Shown: positions 44,001 to 53,954, counted from the first letter of the stretch. The stretch is 64,000 nt of DNA from an uncultured bacterium (GCA_963695095.1 CAVOFT010000001.1:3072001-3136000), one strand, 5' to 3'. Made by a program: numbers and translations. Notes: generated from the sequence alone by a model not told the origin.

Positions 44001-44647
44001 CTATTGCCCAGGAAGTCCACCCGCTCGAAGCGCGGCGAGCCGCCGAGGCTGTAGACGGCGCCGCCCCAGGCCGCCGTGTTGCCGCTGAAGCTGCAGTCGA
44101 GGAAGACCGGGGCAGCCGTCCCGAGCACGCAGACGGCGCCGCCGCGCAGGTGGGCATTGCTTTCGAAGCGGCAGCGCTCGAGCAGAGGCGCGGCCGCGCC
44201 TTCGCAGCGGAGCGCCGCGCCGCCCGTGCCCGAGGCGGCGTTGCCGTAGTTCTGGGCGAAGACGCAATCCTGCAGCCGCGGGGAGACGCTCCCGCCGCAG
44301 AGGATGGCAGTCGTCGATCCGCTGAAGCTGAGCCCCACGAGCAGGGTCGCCGCCGACTCGCCGCTCTGGAAGCGGAAGAGGGTCTGCCCGGCGCCGGCCA
44401 GGCTGGCCGGCGTGCCGGTGTCGCTCAGGTAGACGAGGTCCTTGCCGGCAGGATCGAGGTTCACGTTGCCCGCGCCGAAGAAGCTGCCCTTGAGCAGCAG
44501 CGTGTCGCCGGGCGCAGCCGCGTCGATGACGGCCTGGATGGGCGGTCCGTCGCCGGCAACGACCTCGTGCAGGGCCGCCGGCACCCTGGCTGCCGGAAGC
44601 AGACAGATCACCATCCCGAGGAGTGCGCCAATGGAGTGTCGCGGCAA
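41033..44647 (-). CDS. secreted protein with three parallel beta-helix modules and FlgD-Ig/T9SS-like C-terminal domain
   Basis: Three (I/L)QxxxD...GDT units with GGA/FxxN repeats; NHPNPFNP...ASGAYF; TTG start after GGAGG. Confidence 0.88.
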   Translation of the reverse strand: MPRHSIGALLGMVICLLPAARVPAALHEVVAGDGPPIQAVIDAAAPGDTLLLKGSFFGAGNVNLDPAGKDLVYLSDTGTPASLAGAGQTLFRFQSGESAATLLVGLSFSGSTTAILCGGSVSPRLQDCVFAQNYGNAASGTGGAALRCEGAAAPLLERCRFESNAHLRGGAVCVLGTAAPVFLDCSFSGNTAAWGGAVYSLGGSPRFERVDFLGNSAYPLPDTGGQLVGGDGGACFIADGAPAFSLCLWQGNQALSLAGSPSEGGHGGALRCEGAALPSVDGSTIHTNTAARVGGALSLDGAALATLSACLLALNLPDGLHGAGSAALAITCCDVWGGGAPGYAGTLADATGSGGNLATDPVFCGAAGDGTPLGLHESSPCLPGGNGCGVQMGRFGEACTGNIHVHEVPLEYATLQAAIDVAVPGDTVRVAPGTYTGTGNRNLSTGGKNLVILSSGGPAVTVIDCQTAAPGFLFVSGETAATKLSGFTIKNGRHTTGAGILCIGSAPTLENLILMQNHGLTDGGGLACISASPTAIDLVIHHNTAADDGAGLFCAAGAAPSFQGCQLYDNSAANRGGALYCLASTPEFVASVLAFNSADNGGGAIWADQASLVTLTRSLAVFSFEGGGLEAAGGAGFAASCSDVFGNAGGDWRGSAVDLSGQDGNFSANPLFCAPLTRDFHLDADSPCAAANNSCGLDIGPLPVGCDNIHRAIAGRIADPGGSPLVGAGVYGSFYEAHTDAGGDYLVLVPDHWTGIIVPLAQDYTFTPPYRSYTDVIADISGQDFLAQRGTLHRVPAEYADIQSALDVSVDGDTVLVAPGTYRGPGNKRLDFGGHDVVLRSEGGAALTIIDCELAGRAINFEHGEGPGAVVDGFTIRGGHVYYEWESNNGGGIRVSNASPTLRNLVIEDCRAKGAGGGLVLGGSLSQVEGLVLRRNQAYGTVTGNGGGLASFGGAPQFSHLLAHDNLAAESGGAVYLSGGAPQIAQSTLSDNQAARGGAIGLAYAATLALERLLVTFNEAQSGGALHEADAPSSTLWTCSDIFGNGSEPYAGYAETPGGDCFAADPLYCAVTGAEYTLADASPCLPENNDCAALVGLYTVGCTLTASLPAPSGFYLAPNHPNPFNPATELRFGLPAAARVTLRILDVLGREVARPLAAAPLPAGEHRLRWEARGADGAPLASGAYFCRLEAGGLRASRTLLLVK

Positions 44648-44859
44648 AGGTGCCTCCCGGCGATCTTGTACTTGAGCGGGCGCGCCGGTGGCCGCGCGAG
44701 GGGGAAGGCCACCGGGCAGTCAGTATTCTAGCACATTCAGCGCGGCGTGGGCAGGATCCTGCCAGCCGGCAGTCCGAAGCCCTGGGATCCCAGCGGTTTA
44801 GCCAATCGACCCGCGGCTTGGGACTGGCCGTCGGCACCCGGATCGGTTAGGCTGGCGCC

Positions 44860-45984
44860 ATGGACAAGCGCCGCTTCAGCCGGATCTTCCTGGTTCTGCT
44901 GCTGGTCCTGATCAGCGGGCTGTTCTTGGCCATGATCCGGGCCTTCCTGCTCACGCTCCTGCTGGCGGCCATTCTCGCGGGACTGGCAAGTCCCCTCTAC
45001 GGGCGCCTGCTGCGTCTCAGCCGCGGTCGCCGCGCCCTGGCCAGCGTCTTCACCCTGGTGCTGCTCTCGCTGCTCATCCTCGTGCCTCTGGGCCTGCTCC
45101 TGGGCATGGTGGCCGCCGAAGCCTATCAGATCAGCCAGGCGGCGTTGCCCTGGATCCAGAGCCGGCTGGAACAGCCCGACCTCGTTCTGGAAACCCTGCG
45201 GGGGCTGCCGGGGGCTGAGCGGCTGATTCCCTACCGTCAGCCGCTCCTCGAGAAGGCGGGCGAACTGGTGGGCAGCCTGGGCAGCTTCCTCGTCGACAGC
45301 CTCTCGGCCACCACGCGCGGCACGGTGAGCTTCTTCTTCCACCTGGGCATCCTGCTCTACGCGCTCTACTTCTTCCTGATCGACGGCAACCGGCTGCTCG
45401 AGCGCATCCTCGGCTACCTGCCCATGGCCGCCCCGGACAAGCGACGGATGGTGGCCAGATTCGTGTCGGTGAGTCGAGCGACGCTCAAGGGCACCCTGCT
45501 CATCGGGCTCGCCCAGGGCTGTCTGGCGGGGCTGGCCTTCGCTGTCGCGGGGATCCCCGGCGCGGTCTTCTGGGGCGCCGTGATGACCCTGCTCTCGGTG
45601 ATCCCGGGCATCGGCACCGCCTTGGTCTGGCTGCCGGCCGGACTGCTCTTGATCTTCGATGGCCACCTGGGCGCCGGCATCGGCCTGATCGTCTTCTGCG
45701 GCCTCGTCGTCGGCAGCATCGACAACCTGCTGCGCCCCCGCCTGGTCGGCCGCGACACGGAGATGCACGAGCTGCTCATCCTGTTCGGCACCCTCGGGGG
45801 CATCCTGCTCTTCGGGGTCGTCGGCCTCATCGTCGGGCCCATCCTGGCCGCCCTCTTCGTGACGGTCTGGCAGCTCTACGGCGAAGCCTTCGCCGAGCTG
45901 CTGGAGGCGCCGGCGACGCCGGTTGCGGCCGCGCCCGGCGAGCCCGAGGCGGCCGAAGGCCCTGGTGAGGACCACAAAGCCTGA
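44860..45984 (+). CDS. AI-2E family transporter
   Basis: Multi-TM; SVIPGIGT, IDNLLRPRLVG, GLIVGPIL. Confidence 0.92.
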   Translation: MDKRRFSRIFLVLLLVLISGLFLAMIRAFLLTLLLAAILAGLASPLYGRLLRLSRGRRALASVFTLVLLSLLILVPLGLLLGMVAAEAYQISQAALPWIQSRLEQPDLVLETLRGLPGAERLIPYRQPLLEKAGELVGSLGSFLVDSLSATTRGTVSFFFHLGILLYALYFFLIDGNRLLERILGYLPMAAPDKRRMVARFVSVSRATLKGTLLIGLAQGCLAGLAFAVAGIPGAVFWGAVMTLLSVIPGIGTALVWLPAGLLLIFDGHLGAGIGLIVFCGLVVGSIDNLLRPRLVGRDTEMHELLILFGTLGGILLFGVVGLIVGPILAALFVTVWQLYGEAFAELLEAPATPVAAAPGEPEAAEGPGEDHKA

Positions 45985-46102
45985 AATAATAACGGATCTG
46001 CCCTTGCGCGACCGCTTCGGTCGCCTATCTTGCCCGCTCCCGCCTCCGGGCGCATGCCGCCGCCCAGCGCCGCGGCGATTCAAGGTCACTTAGGAGCAAG
46101 TC

Positions 46103-48199
46103 ATGAACGGAGAGCTGAGCCGGCTCCGCAACATCGGGATCAGTGCGCACATCGACTCGGGCAAGACCACGCTCACCGAGCGTATCTTGTTCTATACCAA
46201 CCGGATTCATGCCATCCACGAGGTGAAGGGCAAGGACGGCGTCGGCGCGACGATGGATTCCATGGAGCTCGAGCGCGAGCGGGGCATCACGATCGCCTCG
46301 GCGGCCACCCATGTCGAGTGGGCGGGCCACCTCATCAACATCATCGACACGCCCGGCCACGTGGACTTCACGATCGAGGTGGAACGGGCCCTGCGCGTGC
46401 TGGACGGCGCCGTCCTCGTGCTCTGCGCCGTCGCGGGCGTGCAGAGCCAGTCCATCACCGTGGACCGTCAGATGCGCCGCTACAAGGTGCCCCGCGTCGC
46501 CTTCGTCAACAAGTGCGACCGCTCGGGCGCCAACCCGGCCCGCGTCACCGAGCAGCTCTGCGAGAAGCTCGGCCACAATGCCGTCATGCTGCAGATCCCC
46601 ATCGGCCTCGAGGCCGATCATCAGGGGATCATCGATCTCGTGCGCATGAAGGCCGTCTACTTCGACGGCGCCAACGGCGAGGACCTCCGCGAGGAGGCGA
46701 TCCCCGCGCACCTGCGCGCGGAGTCGGAGGCCCGGCGCGAACTGCTCGTGGACGCCGCCTCGATGTTCGATGACGGCCTCATGGAGGCCGCCCTCGAGGG
46801 CGGCAGCGTCAGCGAGGACATGCTGCACGCTGCCGTGCGCAAGGGCGTGATCGCCCGCGAGCTGACGCCCGTCTTCATCGGCTCCGCCTACAAGAACAAG
46901 GGCGTGCAGCTGCTCATGGATGGCCTCGTGCGCTACCTGCCCGATCCCACCGAGGTGGAGAACGAGGCCACGCGCGCCGACCGCGAGAACGGCGAGAGCA
47001 AGTTCATCGTGAGCAACGACCCGGCCGATCCCCTGCTCGCCCTCGCCTTCAAGCTCGAGGACGGCACCTACGGCCAGCTCACCTACATCCGCCTGTACCA
47101 GGGCAAGCTCGAGAAGGGCGATTCCATCGTGAACGTCCGCACCGGCAAGAAGGTGAAGGTGGGCCGCCTGGTGCGCATGCACGCCAGCGCAATGGAGGAC
47201 ATCGACCGCGCCGCCGCCGGCGACATCGTGGCCCTGTTCGGCATCGATTGCGCCTCGGGCGACAGCTTCACCGACGGCAGCTTCGTGGCCTCGATGGCCA
47301 GCATGCACGTGCCCGAGCCGGTGATCAGCCTGGCCGTCAAACCCAAGGACAAGAAGTCCCAGGACAGCCTGTCCAAGGCGATCCAGCGCTTCAGCAAGGA
47401 GGACCCCACCTTCCAGGTGGCGGCCGATCCCGAGACCGGCGACACGGTGATCAAGGGCATGGGCGAACTGCACCTGGACGTCTACCTCGAGCGCATGCGC
47501 CGCGAGTACAAGGTGGAGGTGGAGACCAGCGCGCCGCAGGTGGCCTACCGCGAAACGCCCGGGCGCGCGGTGGACTTCGAGTACGTGCACAAGAAGCAGA
47601 CCGGCGGCTCGGGCCAGTACGGCAAGGTGCAATGCCGACTGGAACCCTGGGCCGAGGCCGACTTCGCCTTCGAGAACAAGGTGACGGGCGGCAACATCCC
47701 CAGCGAGTACATCAGCTCGGTCGAGAAGGGCTTCCGCTCGATGCTCGCCAAGGGCCAGGCCATCGGCGCGCCGGTGGTGAACATGAAGATCACCCTCCTG
47801 GACGGCGGCTATCACGCCGTCGACTCCTCGGACAATGCCTTCCAGGAGACGGCCCGCGGCGCCTTCCGCGAGTACTATCCCAAGAGCGGGCCCCGGGTGC
47901 TCGAGCCCTTGATGCTGGTGTCGGTGGAGACGCCGCGCGAATTCCAGGGCGATACGATGGGCACGCTGATGCAGCGGCGGGCGATCGTGCTCGGCACTAC
48001 CGAGGACGAGGACTTCGTGCGCATCGATGCCGAGGTGCCGCTGGCCGAGATGTTCGGCTATGCTACCGTGCTGCGCTCGGCCACCCAGGGCAAGGCCAGC
48101 TTCACCATGGAGTTCAAGCGCTATGCGCCAGCGCCGGCAGACGTTGCCGAGGAGCTGCGCAAGCTTTATCTCGAGAAGCGCCAGGCCGGCAGCAAGTAG
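46103..48199 (+). CDS. fusA: elongation factor G, stand-alone paralog (spdEFG1/mtEFG1-like)
   Basis: [68 protein letters not shown]. Confidence 0.95.
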   Translation: MNGELSRLRNIGISAHIDSGKTTLTERILFYTNRIHAIHEVKGKDGVGATMDSMELERERGITIASAATHVEWAGHLINIIDTPGHVDFTIEVERALRVLDGAVLVLCAVAGVQSQSITVDRQMRRYKVPRVAFVNKCDRSGANPARVTEQLCEKLGHNAVMLQIPIGLEADHQGIIDLVRMKAVYFDGANGEDLREEAIPAHLRAESEARRELLVDAASMFDDGLMEAALEGGSVSEDMLHAAVRKGVIARELTPVFIGSAYKNKGVQLLMDGLVRYLPDPTEVENEATRADRENGESKFIVSNDPADPLLALAFKLEDGTYGQLTYIRLYQGKLEKGDSIVNVRTGKKVKVGRLVRMHASAMEDIDRAAAGDIVALFGIDCASGDSFTDGSFVASMASMHVPEPVISLAVKPKDKKSQDSLSKAIQRFSKEDPTFQVAADPETGDTVIKGMGELHLDVYLERMRREYKVEVETSAPQVAYRETPGRAVDFEYVHKKQTGGSGQYGKVQCRLEPWAEADFAFENKVTGGNIPSEYISSVEKGFRSMLAKGQAIGAPVVNMKITLLDGGYHAVDSSDNAFQETARGAFREYYPKSGPRVLEPLMLVSVETPREFQGDTMGTLMQRRAIVLGTTEDEDFVRIDAEVPLAEMFGYATVLRSATQGKASFTMEFKRYAPAPADVAEELRKLYLEKRQAGSK

Positions 48200-48210
48200 G
48201 AGGAGGGGCC

Positions 48211-48924
48211 GTGGTCTACCGCAAGCAGCTGAACAAGCGCAGCCCCCTGCGCGTCTTCGAGCGCTCTCTGCACGGAGGGCTCGGCAAGGGCAACATCGGC
48301 GTTGTCACGAGCCGCAAGGGCGTCGGCAAGACGGCCTTCCTCACCGACATCGCCCTGGACGACCTCATGCGCGATCGCGCCGTGCTGCACGTCACGCTCC
48401 AGCACAGCGTCGAGCGCGTGATTGCCTTCTACGACGAGATCTTCTCGGAGCTGGCGCGCAGCCAGAAGCTGGAGGACGAGGTGGAGACCCGGCTCGCCGT
48501 CGAGCGGCACCGACACGTCCTCAGCTACCGGAGCCTGAAGGAATTCACGCTGGATCGTCTGCGCGAGAGTCTCGGCTTTCTCGGCCAGCATGCAGCCTTC
48601 AAGCCGGAGGCCATCGTCCTGGACGGCTACCCCGATTTCGTGGCGCTCGCCGAGCCCGAGATGGCGGCGCTGAAGCAGCTCGCCCAGGATTTCGAGCTGG
48701 AGCTGTGGATCACGGCGCTGCACCACCGTGAGGGGCAGCAGCACGACGGCCGCGGCGTTCCCGCCGAAGTGGCGCGCTTCGACACCTATTTCTCGGTGAT
48801 CGTGCACCTCGAGCCGCAGGGCGACCATGTGGTGCTGCGGCTCGTGAAGGACCACGAGAATGCCGACCTCGCCCAGCTGCACCTGGAACTCGATCCGCGC
48901 ACGCTACTGCTGCGCTGGAGCTGA
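48211..48924 (+). CDS. RecA/KaiC/DnaB-like P-loop ATPase of unknown function
   Basis: GGLGKGNIGVV..RKGVGKT Walker A, AIVLDG Walker B; GGAGG RBS. Confidence 0.82.
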   Translation: MVYRKQLNKRSPLRVFERSLHGGLGKGNIGVVTSRKGVGKTAFLTDIALDDLMRDRAVLHVTLQHSVERVIAFYDEIFSELARSQKLEDEVETRLAVERHRHVLSYRSLKEFTLDRLRESLGFLGQHAAFKPEAIVLDGYPDFVALAEPEMAALKQLAQDFELELWITALHHREGQQHDGRGVPAEVARFDTYFSVIVHLEPQGDHVVLRLVKDHENADLAQLHLELDPRTLLLRWS

Positions 48925-48953
48925 GCCGAGGCGGACCCGACTGCCCGCTGCGC

Positions 48954-49478
48954 CTAGGCCGCGCCGTCGGCGGCGGGCGCTGCGGCCGGCGCCGGCCGCT
49001 GGCCCATCTCGCGATCGATCATGAAGAGCGCATGGCCGGCATCCCCCACCAGCCGGAGCTGCTGCACCACCGCCTCCACGGAGGCCTCCTCCTCCACCTG
49101 CTCGTTCACGAACCACTGCAGGTGGGCGTTGCTCGCGTGGTCGGACTGCTTGATGGCCAGATCGACCAGGCGGTTGATGGAGGCGGTCACTTCGCGCTCA
49201 TGCGCCAGCGTGTACTCGAAGATTGCCAGCGGGTTGGCCCATTCCTGAGCCACCGCCGCGATGTCGCCCAGGCGCGCCTTGCCGCCGCGGTCCAGGATGT
49301 AGTCGAACAGGCGCAGCGCGTGCATCTGCTCCTCCTGGAACTGGAAGCGCATCCAGCGGGCGAAGCCGGGCAGGTTGCGCTCGGCGAACCAGCCGGCCAT
49401 GGCGAGATAGAGGTAGGCCGAGTAGAACTCGTTCTTCACCTGCTCGTTGAGGGCGCCTTCCATCTCCTTGCTCAGCAT
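48954..49478 (-). CDS. ftnA: non-heme ferritin
   Basis: NEQVKNEFYSAYLYLAM, EEQMHA, LQWFVNEQVEEE ferroxidase residues. Confidence 0.93.
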   Translation of the reverse strand: MLSKEMEGALNEQVKNEFYSAYLYLAMAGWFAERNLPGFARWMRFQFQEEQMHALRLFDYILDRGGKARLGDIAAVAQEWANPLAIFEYTLAHEREVTASINRLVDLAIKQSDHASNAHLQWFVNEQVEEEASVEAVVQQLRLVGDAGHALFMIDREMGQRPAPAAAPAADGAA

Positions 49479-49576
49479 CCTTCTGCCTCCGGCTGCGGGT
49501 AATGCCTGCGCCGGCGCTCACCGCCGACGCTCGCTTCCAGTTTCGGCAATCTGCGGGCCGCTCGCAAGGGGTCTGC

Positions 49577-50401
49577 TCAGATCGGGCCGGCCGCCAGGGC
49601 CGCGTCCAGCCGGGCCAGTTCCCAGCGCAGGCGAGGCAAACAGGCGCCGGCCCAGGCCGGCCGCCCTTCGCGCAGTTCCACCTCGAGGGCGGCCGCCACT
49701 TCGCCGAGCATCAGCCCCCCCACGTTGCGGGCGGCGCCTTTGAGGCTGTGGGCCAGGCGCAGGGCCTCCGCTGGCCGCGTCGCCAGCGCCGCCGCCAGAG
49801 CCGCCAGCTGCTGCGGCGCATCGCCGCGGAAGGTGGCGACGACCAGCTGCGCGATCCGCTCATCGCCGCCCAGTCGCCGGCGCAGGTCGTCCGCATCCAG
49901 GCGGGGGCGCCGCGTCCAGCCGGGCAGGGCGGTGGCGGCGGCGGCGACCTGGGCGCGTTCAGCCCAGAGCAGGTTGCCCGCGGCTCCGCTGGCAAAGTCC
50001 AGCTCGGCGAGCCCGCCCGCCTTGCGCAGGGCGGCTACGCCGAGGGGATCGGGCTCAGGCGGCGGCGCCTCGCCGGCCAGGTAGGCGAAGGCGGCGGCCT
50101 GCGCTGGTTCCGGCAGGCCGGGCAAGGTATCGAGGATGAAAGTGCGCAGGCGGCCGCCCTCCTGGCCGCGAACCACTCCTAGCCCGAGCGACAGAACTCC
50201 ACCACAGCGGGCGGCGGCGCCGCGGCTGCAGGCAGCCTCGGCGAGGACCCGCAGCGCGGACTCCGCCCAGTCATCAGCCGCAGGTGGCAGCTCAAGGGCT
50301 AGGGGCAGTGAGGGTCCGCTCAGCGTCAGCGCCAGGGCCTCGGCCCGCGGCGCCAGTTCCACCCGGAGTCTCTCCAGCCGATCCTTCAGCGCCAAGGCCA
50401 T
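49577..50401 (-). CDS. Hpt (histidine phosphotransfer) domain protein
   Basis: C-terminal LAHSLKGAARNVGG; N-terminus not recognisable. Confidence 0.72.
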   Translation of the reverse strand: MALALKDRLERLRVELAPRAEALALTLSGPSLPLALELPPAADDWAESALRVLAEAACSRGAAARCGGVLSLGLGVVRGQEGGRLRTFILDTLPGLPEPAQAAAFAYLAGEAPPPEPDPLGVAALRKAGGLAELDFASGAAGNLLWAERAQVAAAATALPGWTRRPRLDADDLRRRLGGDERIAQLVVATFRGDAPQQLAALAAALATRPAEALRLAHSLKGAARNVGGLMLGEVAAALEVELREGRPAWAGACLPRLRWELARLDAALAAGPI

Positions 50402-50540
50402 GACCACCTCGCTGCCGGCGTTCCCGCCAAGGCCAGACTAGCGCTTGCTTCGCTCCCTGTCACGCGGGCAGTGGGGAATCCCCTGCCGCTCGGGGGCGGG
50501 CCGTGCTAGTGTGCGGGCGAGGCAGCCCGAGGAGGCCCCC

Positions 50541-51044
50541 GTGGAACTGATACTCTTCCGGCATGGCATCGCCATCGATCGCGAGGACCCCGACTGCCCG
50601 CCGGAAGAGCAGCGCCAGCTCACGGCAGAGGGCGAGCAGCGCACGCGCGAATCCGCCCTCGGCCTCCGAGCCCTGCGCCTCGCTCCCCAGCGCGTGCTGA
50701 GCAGCCCCCTCCTGCGCACCCTGCAGACGGCGGCCATCGCGGCCGAGGTCCTCGGCCGCGGCGCGCGCCCGCTGGCGGTCGAGGAATGGCCGGAGCTGGC
50801 CTACTGGGTGGACCCCGCCCTGACCCTGGAGCGTCTGAGCGCGCTCGGCGCCGGCCAGGTGCTGCTCGTCGGCCATCGCCCGCATCTGGACGCCCTGCTC
50901 GCGGCCGCCAGCAGCGCCACGGACGAGACCTTCACGGCAATCAAGAAGGCCGGGGCCGCCCTCGTCGACTGGATGCCGCCCGGCGGAGAGCTGCGCTGGC
51001 TGCTGACGCCGGCCATCCTGCGCCGCCTGGGCCGCGCAGAGTGA
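50541..51044 (+). CDS. sixA: phosphohistidine phosphatase SixA
   Basis: LILFRHG, RQLT, SSPLLRTLQTA, LVGHRP. Confidence 0.88.
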   Translation: MELILFRHGIAIDREDPDCPPEEQRQLTAEGEQRTRESALGLRALRLAPQRVLSSPLLRTLQTAAIAAEVLGRGARPLAVEEWPELAYWVDPALTLERLSALGAGQVLLVGHRPHLDALLAAASSATDETFTAIKKAGAALVDWMPPGGELRWLLTPAILRRLGRAE

Positions 51045-51048
51045 GGCC

Positions 51049-52602
51049 ATGACCGAGCTTGCCGGCGCTCTGTCCGGCGTCGAGGGCAACGGACCGACGG
51101 TCGCCGCCGTCGATCTCGGCTCCAACAGCTTCCACATGGTCATCGCGCGCTGGCTCGGTCACGATTTCCAGGTCCTGGACCGCCTGCGCGAACCCGTGCG
51201 CCTGGCGGAGGGGCTCGACGTCGATCGGCATCTCAGCCCCGCTTCCCAGGAGCGGGCCCTGGTCTGCCTCGCCCAGTTCGGCCAGCGCCTGCGCCACCTG
51301 GAGCCGCGCTACCTGCGCGCCGTGGCCACGAACACCTTTCGCCGCGCCCGCGGGCTCGGTGACTTTCGCGCCCGGGCCGAAGCGGCCCTCGGCCTGCCCA
51401 TCGAAGTGCTCGCCGGCCACGAGGAAGCGCGGCTGGTCTATCTGGGCGTCGCCCAGACCTCGCCCCTCGATGCCGGGCGGCGACTGGTCATCGACATCGG
51501 CGGCGGCAGCACGGAGCTGATCATCGGCGAAGGCAGCGAGAGCCGGCTCGGCTTCAGCCAGCAGATGGGCTGTGTGGTCTATTCGAGCCGCTACTTCCCC
51601 GGCGGGCAACTGCGCCGCCGGGGCTGGCATGAAGCCGAGACGGCCGCCGCCCTCGAGCTCAGGCCCATTCGCGAGACCCTGCGCGAAGCGGGCTGGGCCG
51701 CCTGTCTCGGGTCTTCGGGCACAGTGCTCGCGATCGCGCAGATCCTCGCCGCCCGCGGCTGGGGCGGTCCCGGTATCACGCTGGACGGCCTCAAGCGCCT
51801 CCGCGCCGAGCTGGTGGCCGGCGGCACCGTGCGGGCCCTGGCCGCCACGGGGCCGACCAGCGAGGCGGTGAGCGCCGATCGCTGGGCCGTCCTGCCGGGC
51901 GGTCTGGCCATCCTCATCGCCTGCTTCAAGAGCCTGCGCATCGAGAGCATGAGTCCCTCCAGCGGCGCCTTGCGCGAGGGCGTCCTCTACGATCTGCTCG
52001 GGCGCATCCAGCATCAGGACGCGCGCGATCGCAGCGTCCAGCGCCTGGTCGCCCAGTACCGCGTGGACGGCGGGCAGGCGGCGCGGGTCGCGCACGCCGC
52101 CCACACGCTGCTCGCGGAGGTGGGATCGGACTGGGATCTCGATCTCGAGCAGGGCCGGCGCCTGCTGGGCTGGGCAGCTGCCCTGCACGAGGTCGGCCTG
52201 GCCGTGGCCTACGCGGGCTACCAGCACCATGGCGCCTATCTCATCGCCAAGAGCGAGCTGCCCGGCTTCTCGGCGGACGAGCAGCTTATGCTCGCCGCGC
52301 TGGTGCGCAGCCACCGTCGCCGCTTGCTGACCGCCGTCTTCCAGCAGTTGCCCGGCGGACGGGGCGCATCCGGCCTGCGCCTGTGCCTTCTCCTGCGCCT
52401 GGCGGCGCTGCTCTACCGCAGCCGCCAGCCCGAACCCCTGCCGGCGCTGCGCCTGCGGGCGAAGGGGACGACCCTGCGGCTGGGCTTTCCGGCGGGATGG
52501 CTGCACCGGCACCCCCTGACGCGGGCAGACCTCGCCCGCGAGGCCGCCCACCTGGGCCGGCAGGGCTTCACGCTCGCGTGGGAAGAGCTGCGGGCGGGCT
52601 AG
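51049..52602 (+). CDS. ppx: Ppx/GppA exopolyphosphatase
   Basis: AVDLGSNSFHM, EEARL, DIGGGSTE, GALREG, LHEVG. Confidence 0.93.
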   Translation: MTELAGALSGVEGNGPTVAAVDLGSNSFHMVIARWLGHDFQVLDRLREPVRLAEGLDVDRHLSPASQERALVCLAQFGQRLRHLEPRYLRAVATNTFRRARGLGDFRARAEAALGLPIEVLAGHEEARLVYLGVAQTSPLDAGRRLVIDIGGGSTELIIGEGSESRLGFSQQMGCVVYSSRYFPGGQLRRRGWHEAETAAALELRPIRETLREAGWAACLGSSGTVLAIAQILAARGWGGPGITLDGLKRLRAELVAGGTVRALAATGPTSEAVSADRWAVLPGGLAILIACFKSLRIESMSPSSGALREGVLYDLLGRIQHQDARDRSVQRLVAQYRVDGGQAARVAHAAHTLLAEVGSDWDLDLEQGRRLLGWAAALHEVGLAVAYAGYQHHGAYLIAKSELPGFSADEQLMLAALVRSHRRRLLTAVFQQLPGGRGASGLRLCLLLRLAALLYRSRQPEPLPALRLRAKGTTLRLGFPAGWLHRHPLTRADLAREAAHLGRQGFTLAWEELRAG

Positions 52603-53441
52603 TAGACCTCGGGCACGAAGGTCTGGTCCACCATCGGGGGCCGCACGTAGCCGCGGCCCTCCGTGCGCTCGGGCAGCGCCACTGGCGGTGGCGTCAGGTC
52701 TTCGTAGGGGAAGAGGCTGAGCAGGTGGTGCATCGTGTTCAGACGGGCGCGCTTCTTGTCGTCGGCGGCGACGACGTACCAGGGCGCCTGCTTGATGTCG
52801 GTGACCGCGAACATCTCGTCCTTGGCGCGGGAGTAGTCCTCCCAGCGCTGGCGCGACTCGATGTCCATGGGGCTGAGCTTCCAGCGCTTGACCGGATTCC
52901 GCGCGCGATCGCGGAAGCGCTTCTCCTGCTCCTCGTCGCTGATCGAGAACCAGTACTTGATGAGCGTGAGGCCTGAACGCACGAGCATGCGCTCGAACTC
53001 GGGGCAGCTCCGGTAGAACTCCTGTAGCTCCTCGTCGCTGCAAAAGCCCATCACGCGCTCCACGCCGGCGCGGTTGTACCAGGAGCGATCGAAGAGCACG
53101 ATCTCGCCGGCAGCCGGCAACTGCGCCACGTAGCGCTGGAAGTACCACTGCGTGCGCTCGCGCTCGCTGGGCACGCCCAGGGCCACGACCCGGCAGCTGC
53201 GCGGATTGAGCACCTCGACGAAGCGCGTGATCACCCCGCCCTTGCCGGCCGCATCGCGGCCCTCGAAGATCACCGCCACGCGCAGCCTGCGCGCCTTGAT
53301 CCACTCCTGCAGCTTGACCAGTTCGACCTGCAGTCGGTAGCTCTCGGCGGCATAGCAGGCCGCGTCGAGCGCTGGCCGGACGAGCCCGGTATCGGGAGGC
53401 GCCGTCGGTTCGGCGAGGGCACTATCGCGATGCTTGGACAC
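52599..53441 (-). CDS. ppk2: polyphosphate kinase 2
   Basis: FEGRDAAGKGG, QWYFQRY, FDRSWYNR, WKLSPMD; start 53441 or 53447. Confidence 0.95.
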   Translation of the reverse strand: MSKHRDSALAEPTAPPDTGLVRPALDAACYAAESYRLQVELVKLQEWIKARRLRVAVIFEGRDAAGKGGVITRFVEVLNPRSCRVVALGVPSERERTQWYFQRYVAQLPAAGEIVLFDRSWYNRAGVERVMGFCSDEELQEFYRSCPEFERMLVRSGLTLIKYWFSISDEEQEKRFRDRARNPVKRWKLSPMDIESRQRWEDYSRAKDEMFAVTDIKQAPWYVVAADDKKRARLNTMHHLLSLFPYEDLTPPPVALPERTEGRGYVRPPMVDQTFVPEVY

Positions 53442-53501
53442 GATCACCTCTGGGCAAGGGCCGCTCCCCGCCTAGCAGCATGTGTGCCCAAGCCGAGTTC
53501 C

Positions 53502-53954
53502 TCAGCCGCTCGCCGGGAATTGCCGCCGCAGGGCCTCGGCCCGGAAAGCGAAGATCTTGCGGATGTCCCGCGCGACCAGGAGACGGTCCGCGATCCACCC
53601 GCCTGGTGGCAGATAGTCCACCCGGTCCAGGACCCGAGTGCCACCGGCCGCGGCCTCGAAACGGTGCTCGTGGATCCAGAAGCGGTATGGCCCCCGGATC
53701 TGGCTGTCGATGAAGCGCCGCGGAGGCTCCCAGGCCGTGATCTCGCTCTGCCAGCGCAGGGGCAGCCCGTGGACCCGCAGGCGGTAGTCGATGCGGGCGC
53801 CTTCGCCCATGGGGATCTCGCCGTCGCTGGTGACGCGGAAGCGCAGCCAGGGCGGGGTGATGGTCTCCAGGTTCCGCGCGTCGGCAAAGAAGGGAAAGAC
53901 CCGTCCGGGCGGGGCGGGCAGCCAGAGTTCCTGGCGGAATTGGAAGCCGGCCAT
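53502..53954 (-). CDS. SRPBCC family protein
   Basis: VFPFFADARNLETITPPW, FIDSQIRGPYRFWIHEHRF, IFAFR. Confidence 0.88.
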   Translation of the reverse strand: MAGFQFRQELWLPAPPGRVFPFFADARNLETITPPWLRFRVTSDGEIPMGEGARIDYRLRVHGLPLRWQSEITAWEPPRRFIDSQIRGPYRFWIHEHRFEAAAGGTRVLDRVDYLPPGGWIADRLLVARDIRKIFAFRAEALRRQFPASG

